Below, in pieces: positions 46,128-58,348 of a DNA stretch of 64,000 nt; positions within the stretch are counted from its first letter, which is position 1, and each line of letters begins with the position of its first letter. A model generated the notes under the pieces. That model had not been told where the DNA came from. It made no database searches and was given only the letters and a program-made list of their open reading frames with translations. Both the position numbers and the translations under genes were made by a program. The stretch comes from Candidatus Latescibacterota bacterium (GTDB lineage Bacteria; Latescibacterota; UBA2968; UBA8231): assembly GCA_965215195.1 (NCBI GenBank), contig CBDCDC010000002.1, positions 480,001 through 544,000 on the forward strand, written 5' to 3'.

Positions 46128-46795
46128 TAGTGGCGTCCGATCAGATAGAGCAGGGGGAAGAGGAAAATCCACACGATATCCACGAAATGCCAGTAGAGGC
46201 CGCTGATTTCAATCGGCGTAAAGTACTGAGCCGAAATCTCGTTGCGCCGGACCTTGACGATCATCCACAGCATGATGCCAACGCCGATGACCATGTGCAG
46301 GGCGTGCATCCCAGTCATCACGAAGTAAAACGAGAAGAAAATTTTGGCGTTGCCGAGCGAGACTTCCGGAGAGGCCGGGTCGTTCCACTGAAACATGCTG
46401 CCCGGGATGAGGTTATCGTGCCACTTGGAGCTGTACTCGATGTACTTGACGCCTAAAAAGGCGCAGCCGAGAATGATCGTAGCGACGAGCCATCCCGTAA
46501 TTGCGTTGCGACCAGCATTGGTCTGGGCGGCGCGGACGGCCAGCGCCATGGTCAGGCTGCTGGCGATCAGCACGATGGTGTTGAAGGTGCCCCAGCCAAT
46601 GCTGAGAAGGTAAGAGCCAGCGGTGAAGGCTTCGATATACTTGTAGCGATACACAGTATAGGCACCGAATAGCCCCCCGAAGAACAGGATTTCTTGGATG
46701 ATGAACGCCCACATGCCGAGACTGGCGGCTTCGTATTGCTGCTCAGCCGTCTCGAACTGGTGTAGGTGGTGGGCGCTATGTGCGTGCTCAGACAA
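46127..46795 (-). CDS. ctaE: Cytochrome c oxidase subunit III
   Basis: E..FF.GLF, MTG.HALH and [11 protein letters not shown] motifs. Confidence 0.95.
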   Translation of the reverse strand: MSEHAHSAHHLHQFETAEQQYEAASLGMWAFIIQEILFFGGLFGAYTVYRYKYIEAFTAGSYLLSIGWGTFNTIVLIASSLTMALAVRAAQTNAGRNAITGWLVATIILGCAFLGVKYIEYSSKWHDNLIPGSMFQWNDPASPEVSLGNAKIFFSFYFVMTGMHALHMVIGVGIMLWMIVKVRRNEISAQYFTPIEISGLYWHFVDIVWIFLFPLLYLIGRH

Positions 46796-48455
46796 CTCGA
46801 TCCTCCTTAGCGCGTTCAGGTACTGCCTCGGTGCTCGGCAGTGCTGGTTCCTCCTCGCCGTAGGGATAGGCTTCCCAGGTAACTATCGGGATGGCTTCAA
46901 AGTTGTGGGCTATGGGCGGCGAGGGTATGTCCCATTCGAGACCCTTGGCTTGGAACGGATTAGCCGGGGCCTTTTCCCCCTTGAACAGGGACCAGAGGAG
47001 ATAGACAATGGTCAGGGAGAAGCCCAGCCCGAGGACAGTGGCACCGGCCGTGGACATGATGTTGAGGGCTTGCCATTCCTCGGGATAGGCGTGATAGCGC
47101 CGCGGCATTCCCAAGTAACCCAAGATAAATTGGGGAAAGAAGGTCAAGTTGAACCCGGCAAAGACGAACATGACGCCGAGCTTGGCCGCCCCTTCCGAGT
47201 ACATGCGTCCGGTCATTTTGGGCCACCAAAAATGCAGGCCACAGAGGAACCCCATGACCATGCCGCCCACCATGACATAGTGAAAGTGGGCGACCACGAA
47301 GTAGGTGTCGTGGAGATGGACGTCTAGGCCCAAGGTGGAGAGGAACAGGCCGGTCAGGCCGCCGATAGTGAAAAGGCCGATAAAGCCCATCACGTAGAGC
47401 ATGGGCGAGTCTAGCTTAACCGAGGCTTTGTGGAGGGTGAAGGACCAGTTGAAAATTTTGATGGCCGTGGGTACGGCGATGAAGAAGGTGATGAAGGAAA
47501 AGACCATGCTGGCATAGGTGGATTGGCCCGATACGAACAAATGGTGGCCCCAGACGAGAAAGCCGAGGACGGCGATGGCCAGCGAAGAAAAAGCCACAAA
47601 GGAATAGCCGAAGACGCGCTTGCGCGAGAAGCAAGCTACGACTTCGCTGATGACGGCAAAGCCCGGCAGGATCATGATATATACGGCTGGATGCGAGTAA
47701 AACCAGAACATGTGCTGAAAGAGCACCGGGTCGCCGCCGTAATTGGGGTCAAAGATGCCGATCTTGAAGACGCGCTCAAAGCAGACCAGCAACAAGGTGA
47801 TGGCCACCACCGGGGTGCCTAGGACCTGAATCAGGCTGGTCGCGTAGTGCCCCCATATAAAAAGCGGCAAGCGGAACCACGTCATGCCCGGGGCCCGCAT
47901 CTTGTGGATGGTGACCATGAAGTTGACCCCGGTGAGGATCGAAGAGAAGCCGTTGACAAAAACGCCGACTAAGGCCAAGGAAACGAACGAAGTGGAATAC
48001 GTGCTGCTGTAAGGCGTGTAAAAAGTCCAACCCGTATCAATGCCCCCCATGATGATGGCCAGCACGGCGAAGGCCCCGCCGGCTGTGTAGAGATAGTAGC
48101 TGAGGAGATTCAGGCGGGGGAAGGCCACGTCCCGCGCGCCGATCTGCAGGGGAATGAGAAAGTTGCCCAGTACCGCTGGGATGGAAGGGATGAGGAAGAA
48201 GAAGATCATCACCACGCCGTGCATGGTGAAGAGCTTGTTGTAGGTCTCGGCTTCGACCAAATCGCCTTTGGGCGTCATCAACTCAAAGCGAATGAGGCTG
48301 GCAAATATGCTGCCGACCAAGAAGAAGATCGCCAGCGTTATCAAGTAGAGGATACCGATGCGCTTGTGGTCTAGGGTCAGGAGCCAAGATTTGATCCCGT
48401 ACGTTTCGTTGAGGTAGTTTCTCGGCTCGCCGTTGGCGCTGATTGCATGGCTCAT
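46788..48455 (-). CDS. ctaD: Cytochrome c oxidase subunit I (A2-type)
   Basis: [20 protein letters not shown] (YS motif), VWGHH and VAHFHY. Confidence 0.97.
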   Translation of the reverse strand: MSHAISANGEPRNYLNETYGIKSWLLTLDHKRIGILYLITLAIFFLVGSIFASLIRFELMTPKGDLVEAETYNKLFTMHGVVMIFFFLIPSIPAVLGNFLIPLQIGARDVAFPRLNLLSYYLYTAGGAFAVLAIIMGGIDTGWTFYTPYSSTYSTSFVSLALVGVFVNGFSSILTGVNFMVTIHKMRAPGMTWFRLPLFIWGHYATSLIQVLGTPVVAITLLLVCFERVFKIGIFDPNYGGDPVLFQHMFWFYSHPAVYIMILPGFAVISEVVACFSRKRVFGYSFVAFSSLAIAVLGFLVWGHHLFVSGQSTYASMVFSFITFFIAVPTAIKIFNWSFTLHKASVKLDSPMLYVMGFIGLFTIGGLTGLFLSTLGLDVHLHDTYFVVAHFHYVMVGGMVMGFLCGLHFWWPKMTGRMYSEGAAKLGVMFVFAGFNLTFFPQFILGYLGMPRRYHAYPEEWQALNIMSTAGATVLGLGFSLTIVYLLWSLFKGEKAPANPFQAKGLEWDIPSPPIAHNFEAIPIVTWEAYPYGEEEPALPSTEAVPERAKEDRVV

Positions 48456-48480
48456 GGCTTGAATGACCTCGTTGAGATGT

Positions 48481-49416
48481 TCACTCTGCGGACTCACTCA
48501 GGGATTTGATATAGGACGCGATTTGCAACAGCGACTGCTCGCTGATCTGCCCCTCGAAGACGGGCATAATCGGCTCGTACCCGGCGACTATTTTGGCCGT
48601 GGGCTGGAGTATGGACTCGCGGATATAGTCGCTATCGACGACGATCTCCTGCCCGTTGCTGAGCGTTACCGACTTGTCGTACAACCCGACCAGCGAAGGG
48701 CCGCGCCCCGTGGCCGTGGATTTGTGGCAGGTCTCGCAGCCGAGTTGCTGGAACTGGCGTTCGCCCGCCTCAACCATGGATTCGCCGCTGGATGCTCCCG
48801 CCAGCCAGTCGTGGTAATCCGCCGGCTCTAACACGATCACCTTGCCGATCATACCCGAGTGCTGGGTGCCGCAATACTCGGCGCAAAACAAGTGGAACTC
48901 GCCCGTCTGCGTGGCCTCGAACCACAGGGTCGTGTAGCGCCCGGGCAGCACGTCGTTTTTGACCCGGAAGGCCGGGATGAAAAAGTCGTGGATTACGTCC
49001 TCTGAAGTCATGGTCAGGCGGACGGGCTGGCCCTTGGGCACGTGTAGGGTATTGATTTCTCGCTTGCCCGATTCGTGCTGGATTTTCCACATCCACTGCT
49101 TGCCGACCGCGTAGATCTCCAAGGGGTCGGACGGAGACCGCTGGAGCCGGAAGAAGACATCGGCGCCGAGCAAAAAGACGAAAAGCGCGAGAAAGAGCGG
49201 AACGATGGTCCAAGACAGTTCGAGGACGAGATTGCCGTGAGTCTGCTCGGGCTGTTCGTCTTCCGAGCGGCGGCGGTACTTGATGGCGAAGATGATTACC
49301 ATGCCGAAGACGAGCAGGCAGAAGACCACAGTCAAGACGAGCAGAAATGCGTACAGGGCATCTACTTGCCAGGCGATGGTGGAGGCTTGGGCGGGAAAAA
49401 GTGGAAAGTCGGACAT
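48481..49416 (-). CDS. ctaC: Cytochrome c oxidase subunit II with fused cytochrome c (caa3)
   Basis: DVIH and [12 protein letters not shown] CuA motif; C-terminal CETCH heme motif. Confidence 0.95.
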   Translation of the reverse strand: MSDFPLFPAQASTIAWQVDALYAFLLVLTVVFCLLVFGMVIIFAIKYRRRSEDEQPEQTHGNLVLELSWTIVPLFLALFVFLLGADVFFRLQRSPSDPLEIYAVGKQWMWKIQHESGKREINTLHVPKGQPVRLTMTSEDVIHDFFIPAFRVKNDVLPGRYTTLWFEATQTGEFHLFCAEYCGTQHSGMIGKVIVLEPADYHDWLAGASSGESMVEAGERQFQQLGCETCHKSTATGRGPSLVGLYDKSVTLSNGQEIVVDSDYIRESILQPTAKIVAGYEPIMPVFEGQISEQSLLQIASYIKSLSESAE

Positions 49417-49434
49417 GCGGTTCAAGGCTCCGAA

Positions 49435-50256
49435 CTAGTTGAGCTGAGGTTTGCTGTGCTCCCGCTTGAGCATAGCAATGATAAAGGCAGCGAGAGCTAG
49501 CACCGTAACTAGCCCACCGATGCGCAGGGAATTGCGGATGTAGAGACCGTATTTGCCGGTTAGTGGGTCGTAGCTATAGCAAAGCAAGAGTAGCTGATCG
49601 ACCGGATTGCCAATGGTCCCGTCGGCTGCTTCGACGAGGCCCCAGCGCAAGTCGCGCGGGGGGTAGTCAATGCCGTAGAGATAGCGCGCCAGTTTGCCTT
49701 CCGGCGTCAGCACCATCAAGCCGCTGGCGTGGATGTACTGGTCGGTGTCTTCGTCGTATGCGTAGCGAAAGCCGACGGCGGCGGCGAGTTGCTCAATCTG
49801 GTCTTGCTCGCCGGTGAGGAAATGCCAGCCGGTAGAACCATTGCGACCGCGGTAGTTTTTGCTGTACTCGGCTTTTTTGGCCGCGGCCAATTCCGGCGTT
49901 TCCCCGGGATCGACGCTAATGGTCAAGACGTCGAAATCCGTTCCAATGCCAAAACTCAGCACGTTCATTGCCCGCAAGAGGCTGTTCAGCACTTGGGTGC
50001 AGAGCATGGGGCACTCGTAGTACACCAAGGTCAGCACAATGGGCTTTTTGCCGAAGTATTGGCGCAGCAAGGTGCGCTCGCCGCTGGAGTTGGTGAATTC
50101 GAGATCCAAGGGGATCTGTTCGCCCAGTTTCTGGTCGATGCCGATGCGCTCTTGTAGCTGCTGGGTATAGCTTTGCGCCCCGGTCTGGCCGGCTAGCAGC
50201 AGGGCCAATGCCAATAAGATCGCGCTGCGCGAGAATGTAGTTGTAGCCCTGCTCAT
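49435..50256 (-). CDS. SCO1/SenC family protein
   Basis: YYECPMLC CxxxC motif, WHFLTG, conserved His (YIHA). Confidence 0.92.
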   Translation of the reverse strand: MSRATTTFSRSAILLALALLLAGQTGAQSYTQQLQERIGIDQKLGEQIPLDLEFTNSSGERTLLRQYFGKKPIVLTLVYYECPMLCTQVLNSLLRAMNVLSFGIGTDFDVLTISVDPGETPELAAAKKAEYSKNYRGRNGSTGWHFLTGEQDQIEQLAAAVGFRYAYDEDTDQYIHASGLMVLTPEGKLARYLYGIDYPPRDLRWGLVEAADGTIGNPVDQLLLLCYSYDPLTGKYGLYIRNSLRIGGLVTVLALAAFIIAMLKREHSKPQLN

Positions 50257-50645
50257 GGTGCCTTTGGCGCGATGAGCGGCATTTTGCCCTCGCTCACCAG
50301 ATCAATCGCTCGCTCAATGGGAATGTGTACTACCTGCACTTGTTGGTCGATCCAGCCATAGGAGCCGAGGAGGGCGGCTTCGCTTTGGGCCAACTCGGAC
50401 TTTTGCTTGGGTGGATCCACCTGTAGCCGCGGCGCGTCGCTGGCAATGCGGTCGGCCACCAGCGGCGGGACCGGATCGTCGAAGAGCGGCTGGTAGTAAG
50501 CGAAAACCCTGAATAAGACGATCATGGCGACAAAGGAAGCGATGACTAGCGCGGCGATAAAAAGGCCGGTCTGGGCCAGTGGCGTTACCCGCGCATCCGT
50601 CGTCTCGTAGCCGGAGTTGTCTCGATGGTGAGTTTGTTCAGCCAT
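50253..50645 (-). CDS. actG: Alternative complex III subunit G-like
   Basis: GYE..D, one TM helix, PRLQ, L..YGW.D.....HIPIERA; lies after actF. Confidence 0.7.
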   Translation of the reverse strand: MAEQTHHRDNSGYETTDARVTPLAQTGLFIAALVIASFVAMIVLFRVFAYYQPLFDDPVPPLVADRIASDAPRLQVDPPKQKSELAQSEAALLGSYGWIDQQVQVVHIPIERAIDLVSEGKMPLIAPKAP

Positions 50646-51873
50646 GGTTGCTTTCGCCGCGGTAGAGGTCTGCAAAGCGGGGGTCGTTTTGCGCGATCAA
50701 GGCGCGCTTTTTGAGTTGTGCGAAGAAAAGTGCAATGACGATGCCGCCGATGCCGATTGGAATGGCTAGGTCAAGCCAGTGTAGGGCAATCCCGGTGCTG
50801 TGGAAGCTCGGACCCTGCTGGGCGTGGACCTTGGTGAAGGCCGGTGCCGTGATCCAGTACAAATCGACCAAGCGCATGAAAACCAAGCTAGCGGCAATGG
50901 TGCCGAGCAGTTTGGTTTTGGACTTCATGGTGCTGGATATGAGAAAGAGAAAGGGGACGGCAAAGTGGAATGCCAGCAGCCCGTAGCCGACGTATTGCCA
51001 GCCGCCCTCCAAGCGGGTCATGTACCAGGTGATCTCCTCGGGCAAATTGGCCGACCAGATGATGAGCAACTGGGAAAACGAGGTATAGGCCCAGAGCATG
51101 ACGCACGCTAGCATAAAGGTACCCAAGTCGCGCAGGTGCTGCTCGGTAATTACGCCTTGTAGGGGTTCCCGTCGCGAGAGGGGGACGGCAACGAGAAACG
51201 CGAATCCCCAAGCCATCAGCCCCATGCCTATGATGTAGATGATGCCGAAGATCGTCGAGAACCAATGCGGCTCGAGCGACATCAGCCAATCAACCGCGGC
51301 CAGCGTTGCGGTGAGAAAGAAAATGACGATGCCCGGACCGCTCAGAAGCTGCATGCGATGGGTCGGATGCGTCGCTGTCGTCTGATCCTGCTGCCACGAC
51401 CAGCGGTTGAGCAGGAAGGCGAACAGACCCCAAATGGCAAAGTAGAGCACGGTGCGCAAGATAAAGAACGTCTCGTGGAGATAGGGGGCCTTGTGCTCGA
51501 GGATGGCGTCGCCTTGCACTGCGCTCTGGCGCGTCCACTCGTAGAGGTGGTGCAGGCCGAAGAAGAGGATCGGCAGCGACAGCACAAACAGCAGCGGCAA
51601 GGTGCGGGTGGCGGCTTCGAGCAACCGCCGGATCGAAAATCCCCAAGTGCCACCGCCGACGTGGTGGATCATGAGGATGCCCATGCTGCCCAAGGGCAGG
51701 CCAATCCAGAAGGTAAAGGCCAGCAAATACGAGCGGAAGAACTGGTCCTCGTCCGTGAAGTAGCCGACCGCAGCAGCGGCCAAACCGACCAAGCCGACCA
51801 CCAGTGCGCGGCGCTGGAGGTTGTCCAAGTAGGGATGTAGGGCGTCCGACTGTTGGGTAATCGACTCGTTCAT
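50638..51873 (-). CDS. actF: Alternative complex III subunit F
   Basis: DWLMSL.PHWFST and WAY..FSQ.LIIW.AN.PEE..WY motifs. Confidence 0.92.
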   Translation of the reverse strand: MNESITQQSDALHPYLDNLQRRALVVGLVGLAAAAVGYFTDEDQFFRSYLLAFTFWIGLPLGSMGILMIHHVGGGTWGFSIRRLLEAATRTLPLLFVLSLPILFFGLHHLYEWTRQSAVQGDAILEHKAPYLHETFFILRTVLYFAIWGLFAFLLNRWSWQQDQTTATHPTHRMQLLSGPGIVIFFLTATLAAVDWLMSLEPHWFSTIFGIIYIIGMGLMAWGFAFLVAVPLSRREPLQGVITEQHLRDLGTFMLACVMLWAYTSFSQLLIIWSANLPEEITWYMTRLEGGWQYVGYGLLAFHFAVPFLFLISSTMKSKTKLLGTIAASLVFMRLVDLYWITAPAFTKVHAQQGPSFHSTGIALHWLDLAIPIGIGGIVIALFFAQLKKRALIAQNDPRFADLYRGESNHG

Positions 51874-52460
51874 TGAAGTTGCCTTTGGTCCTCGGCCGGC
51901 AGTTGGTCGAATTCGAGGTTCTGGCTTAGCTGCAATACCTTGATATAGGCGACGATGGCCCAGCGGTCGGCCACGGGAATGCGGGCAGCGTAGCTATACA
52001 TGACGCCAAAGCCATTGGTAATGACATCGTAAAAGTGGCCGACGGGCACCTCGCGCAGCCGCTGCTGGTGAAAGGTGGGCGGCTGTTTAAGCCCTCGCTG
52101 GACGATCATGCCGTTGCCCGCGCCGGTCTTGTCGTGGCAGGGAGCGCAGAAAATGTCGTAGCGCTCGCGGCCGCGCTCTAGTAGCTGGCGGTCAACTTTC
52201 ACCGGCAAGGTCGCCGCAAGTTGGCCCTGTACTTTGCCTTGGTAGAAGTGCTCGTCGAGCATCAGTTGGCCCCGCGCCACAGTGCCGTCAACCTGCGGGC
52301 GAAAGGACATGCCGTCGGCAAAGAACGCCGAGGCCTCTAGCGGCTCGTATTTTTCTTGATCGTACATGGCCTGCCGCAGCTCGCAACCGGCACTGCCAAT
52401 CAGCACCGCGCTCAGCAGCGCCGCGATGGTCCGTTTACTTTTCAACTTCGACAACCTCAT
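51870..52460 (-). CDS. actE: Alternative complex III monoheme cytochrome c lipoprotein
   Basis: Lipobox SAGC, GTVARG, CAPCH, DRWAIVAYI. Confidence 0.92.
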   Translation of the reverse strand: MRLSKLKSKRTIAALLSAVLIGSAGCELRQAMYDQEKYEPLEASAFFADGMSFRPQVDGTVARGQLMLDEHFYQGKVQGQLAATLPVKVDRQLLERGRERYDIFCAPCHDKTGAGNGMIVQRGLKQPPTFHQQRLREVPVGHFYDVITNGFGVMYSYAARIPVADRWAIVAYIKVLQLSQNLEFDQLPAEDQRQLQ

Positions 52461-52980
52461 GCGGATTCAGGCCGCGCAGAAAGTCCTCGGTTTTTTGGCG
52501 GTCGAACTGGGGATCTTCGGCCTCGATGCTGAGAAAGAAGCGATCTTGGCTGGCGCGGGCGAAATTGGGTGCGTTGAAGACCGGGTGATAGGGCTGGGGC
52601 AGGCCGTTGGCGATGAACATGCCAAAGGCCGAACTGAGCGCGGCAAAGAGGATGGTCAGCTCAAAGGTCACCGGGATGAACATCGGCCCGCTGTGCAAGG
52701 GCTTGCCGGCGATATTGAGCGGATAGTCGATGGCCGAGACCCAATAGCACAGGGAGTAGCCCGTGATGGCGCCGAGCAGGCCAAAGGCGAAAACCAGCCA
52801 AGGCAACTTGGTGCGGGAAAAACCGATGGCCTCGCCCAGGCCGTGGATGGGCATGGGCGAATAGGCGTCGATCTTGCGATAGCCAGCGGCAAAGGTCGCC
52901 TTGGCCGCGGCCAGCAAGTCGTCGGGGGATTCAAATTCGGCCAGCAGGCCGTATTGGGTTGATTCTTCGCGCTGCAGCAT
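52435..52980 (-). CDS. actD: Alternative complex III subunit D (DUF3341)
   Basis: DAYSP.PIHG, FIPVTFELTIL and LP.PYHPVF motifs. Confidence 0.92.
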   Translation of the reverse strand: MLQREESTQYGLLAEFESPDDLLAAAKATFAAGYRKIDAYSPMPIHGLGEAIGFSRTKLPWLVFAFGLLGAITGYSLCYWVSAIDYPLNIAGKPLHSGPMFIPVTFELTILFAALSSAFGMFIANGLPQPYHPVFNAPNFARASQDRFFLSIEAEDPQFDRQKTEDFLRGLNPHEVVEVEK

Positions 52981-52989
52981 ACGTTCGGC

Positions 52990-54363
52990 TCACTTGTGGG
53001 ATCCAGAGGCCAGCAGACTGCGGATCTCGTGGATGGAAATCATGGGCAGGCCGCGGACGAATAAAAAAAACAGGACGATGAACAGGCCGATGGTCCCCGC
53101 GTAGATGGCGATGTCCCAGATCGTCGGGTGGAACATGTCCCAAGAAGAGGGCATAAAATCCCGGTGTAGGCTGGTGACGACGATGATGAAGCGCTCCAGC
53201 CACATGCCGACGTTGATAAACTGGGAAATGAAAAACAGCCAGAACATGCTCGTGCGGAAGTGCCTAAACCACAGAAGCTGGGGCACGGCTATGTTGCAGA
53301 CGATCAAGGCCCAGTAAAAGGGACCGTACGGGCCCTCCATGCGGTTGGACATCATATAGCGCTCAAAGTCACTGGCACTGTACCAAGCGATGAATTGCTC
53401 CATGAAGTAGCCATATCCCACGATCAGCCCGGAAGCCAACATGACTTTGGCCATGTTGTTTAGATGGCGCTCGGTTATGAAGTCGTCCAAGCCATAGATG
53501 AGGCGCATGGGGATCATCAAGGTCAGCACCATGGCAAAGCCCGCATAGATCGCCCCGGCCACGAAATAGGGGGGGAATATGGTCGTGTGCCATCCGGGTA
53601 TAAGCCCGACGGCAAAGTCGAAACTGACGACGCTGTGGACAGAAAGCACGAGGGGTGTGGAGAGGCCGGCCAGCAAGAGGGACGCCATTTCGTAGCGATC
53701 CCAGTGAATGGCCGAGCCGCGCCAGCCGAGCGCCAGCACGCCGTAGATGACTTGGGCGATGCGGTTTTTGGCGCGGTCGCGCAGGCTGGCTAAGTCCGGG
53801 ACCAAGCCGACAAACCAAAAGACCAGCGACACCGTTAAATACGTCGAGACCGCGAATACGTCCCAGATCAGGGGGCTGCGAAACTGCGGCCAGAGGTCCA
53901 TGGAGTTGGGATAGGGCAACAGCCAGTAGCAGGCCAACCAGGGCCGCCCGGTGTGAAAGAGCGGAAACTGGGCGGCGCAGAGCACGGCAAAGATGGTCAT
54001 GGCCTCGGCCGCGCGGTTGATCGAGGTGCGCCACCGCTGCCGGAAAAGCAGCAAAATCGCCGAGATCAGGGTGCCGGCGTGGCCGATGCCGATCCACCAG
54101 ACAAAATTGATGATGGCCCACCCCCAGCCCACCGGGTTGTTGATGCCCCAGATGCCCACGCCCTCGAAGAGCAGATAGGGAACGCCCACCATGAACCCCT
54201 GCAGCAGCAAGAAGCCCAAAGCAAAGCAGATGAACCACGCCAGCGGGGTGTTCTTGGTGAGGACGATCCCACTGATTTTGTCGGTAATTGAGGTATGCGA
54301 AGTCTGGCTCGGGCCTAGTTCCGACACTGGAGGGCGATAAGGCGTTTTCGCAGTTTCGGACAT
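52990..54363 (-). CDS. actC: Alternative complex III subunit C (NrfD/PsrC family)
   Basis: [23 protein letters not shown] and GMWLERF motifs. Confidence 0.95.
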   Translation of the reverse strand: MSETAKTPYRPPVSELGPSQTSHTSITDKISGIVLTKNTPLAWFICFALGFLLLQGFMVGVPYLLFEGVGIWGINNPVGWGWAIINFVWWIGIGHAGTLISAILLLFRQRWRTSINRAAEAMTIFAVLCAAQFPLFHTGRPWLACYWLLPYPNSMDLWPQFRSPLIWDVFAVSTYLTVSLVFWFVGLVPDLASLRDRAKNRIAQVIYGVLALGWRGSAIHWDRYEMASLLLAGLSTPLVLSVHSVVSFDFAVGLIPGWHTTIFPPYFVAGAIYAGFAMVLTLMIPMRLIYGLDDFITERHLNNMAKVMLASGLIVGYGYFMEQFIAWYSASDFERYMMSNRMEGPYGPFYWALIVCNIAVPQLLWFRHFRTSMFWLFFISQFINVGMWLERFIIVVTSLHRDFMPSSWDMFHPTIWDIAIYAGTIGLFIVLFFLFVRGLPMISIHEIRSLLASGSHK

Positions 54364-54364
54364 G

Positions 54365-57346
54365 CTAAGCCTCGGCAATGTTGGGGTTGGGATTTTTGAT
54401 ACTTGCCAAATACGTAGTGCGGGGCCGCGTGTTCAACTCGGTGAGGATGCCGTAGTTGAGCGGGGATGCCTTGAGGGCAGTGACGCGGCTGTCGGGGTCG
54501 TTGATGTCCCCGAAGACGATGGCTTCGGTGGGGCAGGCCTGCTCGCAGGCGGTGACGATCTCGCCATCGCCGATGGTGCGATTGGCCTTTTTGGCCTCAA
54601 TGCGCGCTTGATTGATGCGCTGGACGCAGTACGTGCATTTTTCCATTACGCCGCGGGCCCGCGTGGTAACATCCGGGTTGCGCTGCAGTTTTAAGCTCTC
54701 GGTGTCGCGGTCGGCGTATTGGAGGAAGTTGAAGCGCCGGACCTTGTAGGGGCAGTTGTTGGCGCAGTAGCGGGTGCCGACGCAGCGATTGTACACCATG
54801 TCGTTGAGGCCCTCGTCGCTGTGGGTCGTAGCCGCGACCGGACAGACCAACTCGCAAGGGGCGTTTTCGCACTGCATGCAAGGCACGGGCTGATGCACAA
54901 TCTGGGGATTGTCGAGCGAACCCTTGTAGTAGCGATCGACGCGAATCCAAGGCATTTCGCGGCCGTTGAGGACTTCATCTTTGCCCACGATGGGGATGTT
55001 GTTTTCGGCTTGGCAGGCCATCGCACACGCATTGCAGCCGATGCAGGCCCCTAAATCAATGACCATGCCCCAAGCGTACCCCGCGTACTGGTGATCCGTG
55101 CGGTTGTGTAGCGTCAAGTCATCGGGTGGGTCGTGGGCACCTTCGTGGGCAAAGTGCGGATGCGCTTGATAGTAGTCCAGCGAGGCTTGGCGCACGAAGT
55201 TGCGGCCCTGCATGCTGTGATGATCTTGGGTGCAGGCGAGGCGATAGCGGTCGTAGGAACCGCTGATCTGTAGGCCGCCGCCGCTCCACAAGGCCGCCGC
55301 AGGGCGCAGAGCATAGGCATTGAATCCCGCGTCGCGCCCGACCTGGCCACTGCGCTGCTGTCCGTAGCCCAAGTGCAGGGTGACGACGCCGTCGGCTTGG
55401 CCGTGCACGATCCAAACCGCTGCCTTGATCGCGCGCCCGTCAAAGCGCAGCTCGGCGAGGAATTCTCTCTCGAGCCGCAGGCGCTCGGCCGTGGCCGGGC
55501 TGACGAGAGCGGCGTTGTCCCAGGTTAGCTTCGTGATGGGCTTGGGGGTCTCTTGGAGCCAAGCATTATTGGCAAAGCGGCCGTCCCACACCGTGGGATC
55601 GGGCCGAAAGTGGATTTCGAGCTCTTCTTCGGCGGGAAGGTTCCCAGTCGTTGCCGGCAGGTGCAGGGGAACTAGCTGCGCGGATTGGGCTTCGGGGCGC
55701 GTACCCTCGACAAAGCCGTCGTGCAGTGCGCGGCGCCAGGCGATCGCATCCAGCCCTTGGCCCTCCCAGTACTGGCGCACGATTTCGAGATCCGGGACTC
55801 CGGGCTGGCCGGTGAGCACCGCCAAGAGGTCGTGTGCTGACTTGCTCTTGTAGAGCGGGCGAATCAGCGGCTGAACGATCGCGGCGAGGCCGTCGTGGGT
55901 GCGCGTGTCGCTCCAGGCTTCGAGAAAGTGAGATTCCGGAATGTGCCAGTGGCAGAGTTCCGACGTTTCGTTGTCGTACAGGCCAAGGTGGACGCGGTAG
56001 CCGACCTTGGCGAGTGCCGCAGCAAAGTCGAAATCCACGGGTGCGTCGTACACTGGATTGCCGCCGAGGATGAACAGGGACTCGACTTGGCCGGCGTTCA
56101 TGTCGGCGACCAAAGCGGATAGCGACTCGCGCTGGTCAACCGACTCGACTTCGAGGGGTTCGGTGTAGTGTGCGGTTGCGCCTGCATTGCCTAGGGCGTG
56201 GTTGATCGCATGGGCCAAAGCGTGTACGGCGGGGGCTTGCTGGTCGCCAGCGAGCACGAGGCTTTGGCCGCGGTGGGCCTTTAAGTCGTCGACTAGGGCC
56301 GCAATCCAAGCGTCGTGGGCAGAGAATTCGGCGGGAACGCTCGGCCCCTCCCAGCCGATGCCAAGCCCTTGGGCGACCTTTAAGGCCACGGCTTCGATGT
56401 GCGCCGTGCCCACTGCCAAGCGGTGGTCGGCTACGCTGCCCGTGGCCGTTGGACTGCTCTCGACCGCATAGAGCCGATTGCTGGCCTTTGTCCCGTTGCG
56501 GACGCTGCGACCGGCCGCGAAATCACGAGCGTGGCGCACATTGCCAGGACCGCTATAGGTAAAGTCCGCGTCCAGCGCTAGAATGACCTTGGCTTTGGTT
56601 AAGTCGTAAAACGCATGGACCGGCTCGCCAAACGCCATTTGGGCCCCGGCGCGGGCGTTGTCGCGATTGACCGGTTCGTACTGGTGCCACTGGGCTTGGG
56701 GAAATTTGGCCCGCAGGGCCTGCAACTGGTGCCCGAGGGTCGGAGAAGTCACCGTCTGGGTCAGGATGCGCAGGCCGGCACCGCCGTTGGCCTCGTGCGA
56801 GGTCAGCCGCTGCGTCAGATCGGCTAGGAAGATGCTCCAAGTGCTGATGCGACCGGCGTTTTTGACCGTTTGCGAGCGGTCGGGGTCGTAGAGGTCGAGG
56901 ATCGAAGCTTGGACGAGCGCATTCGAGCCGCGGCTACCGGAGGGGTGCGCGGAGTTGCCCTCGATCTTGGTTGGCCGCCCCATGTGGCTCTCGACTAGGA
57001 TGCCCATGCCAATGCCGCCGAGCGAGGCGGCTGAAGCAAAGTACTGAGGCTTACCGGGGATGACGTCTTCGGGGCCCCGGACTTGGGGGACGATTTTTTC
57101 GCTAGGCTGAATCGTACAACCCGAAAGCCCGCCCAGTGCCAGCGATGCACTCATGAGCTTGAGAAAATTTCGCCGACTTACCGGATCCTTCAACTCGGTA
57201 GCTTGCTCGGGGAACTCGCGCTGGACCATGGCGGCGAATTCTTCGGTCTGGGCCAATTGGTCCAAGCTGCGCCAGTACTCTGGGCCTTGTGCGGTTTTGA
57301 GGCGGGAGCGGATGGCCGAGAGATCGATGTTTTTTCTGGTTTCCAT
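54365..57346 (-). CDS. actB: Alternative complex III subunit B (molybdopterin-oxidoreductase-like + Fe-S domain)
   Basis: YWRSL, Tat motif [16 protein letters not shown]; [27 protein letters not shown] and KCTYC. Confidence 0.96.
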   Translation of the reverse strand: METRKNIDLSAIRSRLKTAQGPEYWRSLDQLAQTEEFAAMVQREFPEQATELKDPVSRRNFLKLMSASLALGGLSGCTIQPSEKIVPQVRGPEDVIPGKPQYFASAASLGGIGMGILVESHMGRPTKIEGNSAHPSGSRGSNALVQASILDLYDPDRSQTVKNAGRISTWSIFLADLTQRLTSHEANGGAGLRILTQTVTSPTLGHQLQALRAKFPQAQWHQYEPVNRDNARAGAQMAFGEPVHAFYDLTKAKVILALDADFTYSGPGNVRHARDFAAGRSVRNGTKASNRLYAVESSPTATGSVADHRLAVGTAHIEAVALKVAQGLGIGWEGPSVPAEFSAHDAWIAALVDDLKAHRGQSLVLAGDQQAPAVHALAHAINHALGNAGATAHYTEPLEVESVDQRESLSALVADMNAGQVESLFILGGNPVYDAPVDFDFAAALAKVGYRVHLGLYDNETSELCHWHIPESHFLEAWSDTRTHDGLAAIVQPLIRPLYKSKSAHDLLAVLTGQPGVPDLEIVRQYWEGQGLDAIAWRRALHDGFVEGTRPEAQSAQLVPLHLPATTGNLPAEEELEIHFRPDPTVWDGRFANNAWLQETPKPITKLTWDNAALVSPATAERLRLEREFLAELRFDGRAIKAAVWIVHGQADGVVTLHLGYGQQRSGQVGRDAGFNAYALRPAAALWSGGGLQISGSYDRYRLACTQDHHSMQGRNFVRQASLDYYQAHPHFAHEGAHDPPDDLTLHNRTDHQYAGYAWGMVIDLGACIGCNACAMACQAENNIPIVGKDEVLNGREMPWIRVDRYYKGSLDNPQIVHQPVPCMQCENAPCELVCPVAATTHSDEGLNDMVYNRCVGTRYCANNCPYKVRRFNFLQYADRDTESLKLQRNPDVTTRARGVMEKCTYCVQRINQARIEAKKANRTIGDGEIVTACEQACPTEAIVFGDINDPDSRVTALKASPLNYGILTELNTRPRTTYLASIKNPNPNIAEA

Positions 57347-57348
57347 GT

Positions 57349-58005
57349 TTAGCGGTGGCAGATAGAGCAGTTGGTGAGTTGGCTGGTCTGCACGCCGTAT
57401 TCGGCGACGAGTTGTGCGCCCAAGCTTTCTTGGTCGGGTGGATACTGGTAGTTCATGTTAAAGACTTGGTCGCGCGGGCGGATGTACTGGGCGGGATCGC
57501 GGTGGCAATCGAGGCACCATTCCATATTCAAGGATTCGGCTTTCCACATCAGGGGCATTTGATCGACTTGGCCGTGGCACGACTGGCAGCCAATGCCTTG
57601 GTTGACGTGGATGCTGTGGTTGAAATAGGCGAAGTCGGGCAAGTCGTGGACGCGATTCCACTCGATGGGCACGTTGTCGCGGAAGCTGGCGCGCACGGGT
57701 TCGAGGATGGGTGCTTCGGTCCAGATCTGCGAGTGGCAGGTCATGCAGGTTTCGGTCGGGGGGATGCCGGCAAAAGCACTTTCCTCGACGGTAGTGTGGC
57801 AATAGCGGCAATCAATGCCCATGCCGGTGACGTGGTGTTTGTGGCTGAAGGGAACGGGCTGATCGATGGGCACGTTGACTTGGTTGACGAAGTAAATGCG
57901 ATTGATGTTGAGTACGATACCGAGGATGCTGGCAACTAGGACGAGGCCGACGAGGATGCTGGCCTTAGAAGCCCAGTTGGCACTGCGCGGGAATACTTGA
58001 GCCAT
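57349..58005 (-). CDS. actA: Alternative complex III pentaheme cytochrome c
   Basis: MAQVF N-terminus and five CxxCH motifs (CRYCH, CMTCH, CQSCH, CLDCH, CSICH). Confidence 0.95.
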   Translation of the reverse strand: MAQVFPRSANWASKASILVGLVLVASILGIVLNINRIYFVNQVNVPIDQPVPFSHKHHVTGMGIDCRYCHTTVEESAFAGIPPTETCMTCHSQIWTEAPILEPVRASFRDNVPIEWNRVHDLPDFAYFNHSIHVNQGIGCQSCHGQVDQMPLMWKAESLNMEWCLDCHRDPAQYIRPRDQVFNMNYQYPPDQESLGAQLVAEYGVQTSQLTNCSICHR

Positions 58006-58122
58006 ATTTTTTAGTTTAGCTGAGTTTGTAGAAAGTCGGCCTTAGCTCTTCTGGCCAAAACAGTCTTGTAAATTAGGCCAGTTTAATTTGGTGTCAACAG
58101 ATGCCATAAAAAACCTAGGCAT

Positions 58123-58151
58123 TTGACTTTGGGCCTCTCGCAGTATACTAT
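58123..58151 (+). promoter_or_regulatory. Sigma-70 promoter for tRNA-Arg
   Basis: TTGACT-N17-TACTAT ending about 18 nt upstream of the tRNA. Confidence 0.6.
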
Positions 58152-58169
58152 GAATAGTACCCTCCTATA

Positions 58170-58243
58170 GCCCCCGTAGCTCAGCAGGATAGAGCAACAG
58201 ATTCCTAATCTGTGGGTCGGCGGTTCGAATCCGCCCGGGGGTA
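58170..58243 (+). tRNA. tRNA-Arg (CCT)
   Basis: Cloverleaf: acceptor GCCCCCG/CGGGGGT, anticodon arm ACAGA-TTCCTAA-TCTGT, T-arm GGCGG-TTCGAAT-CCGCC. CCA not encoded. Confidence 0.95.
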
Positions 58244-58348
58244 GTTCATTCCTTCGCTACCGGCTGCCTCCCAACAAGTTACGGTCGTGCGGCACATCCC
58301 TACCTAGCAGCGAATTACCCAACTTAGGTCAATAGGTTTTGCATTGAA

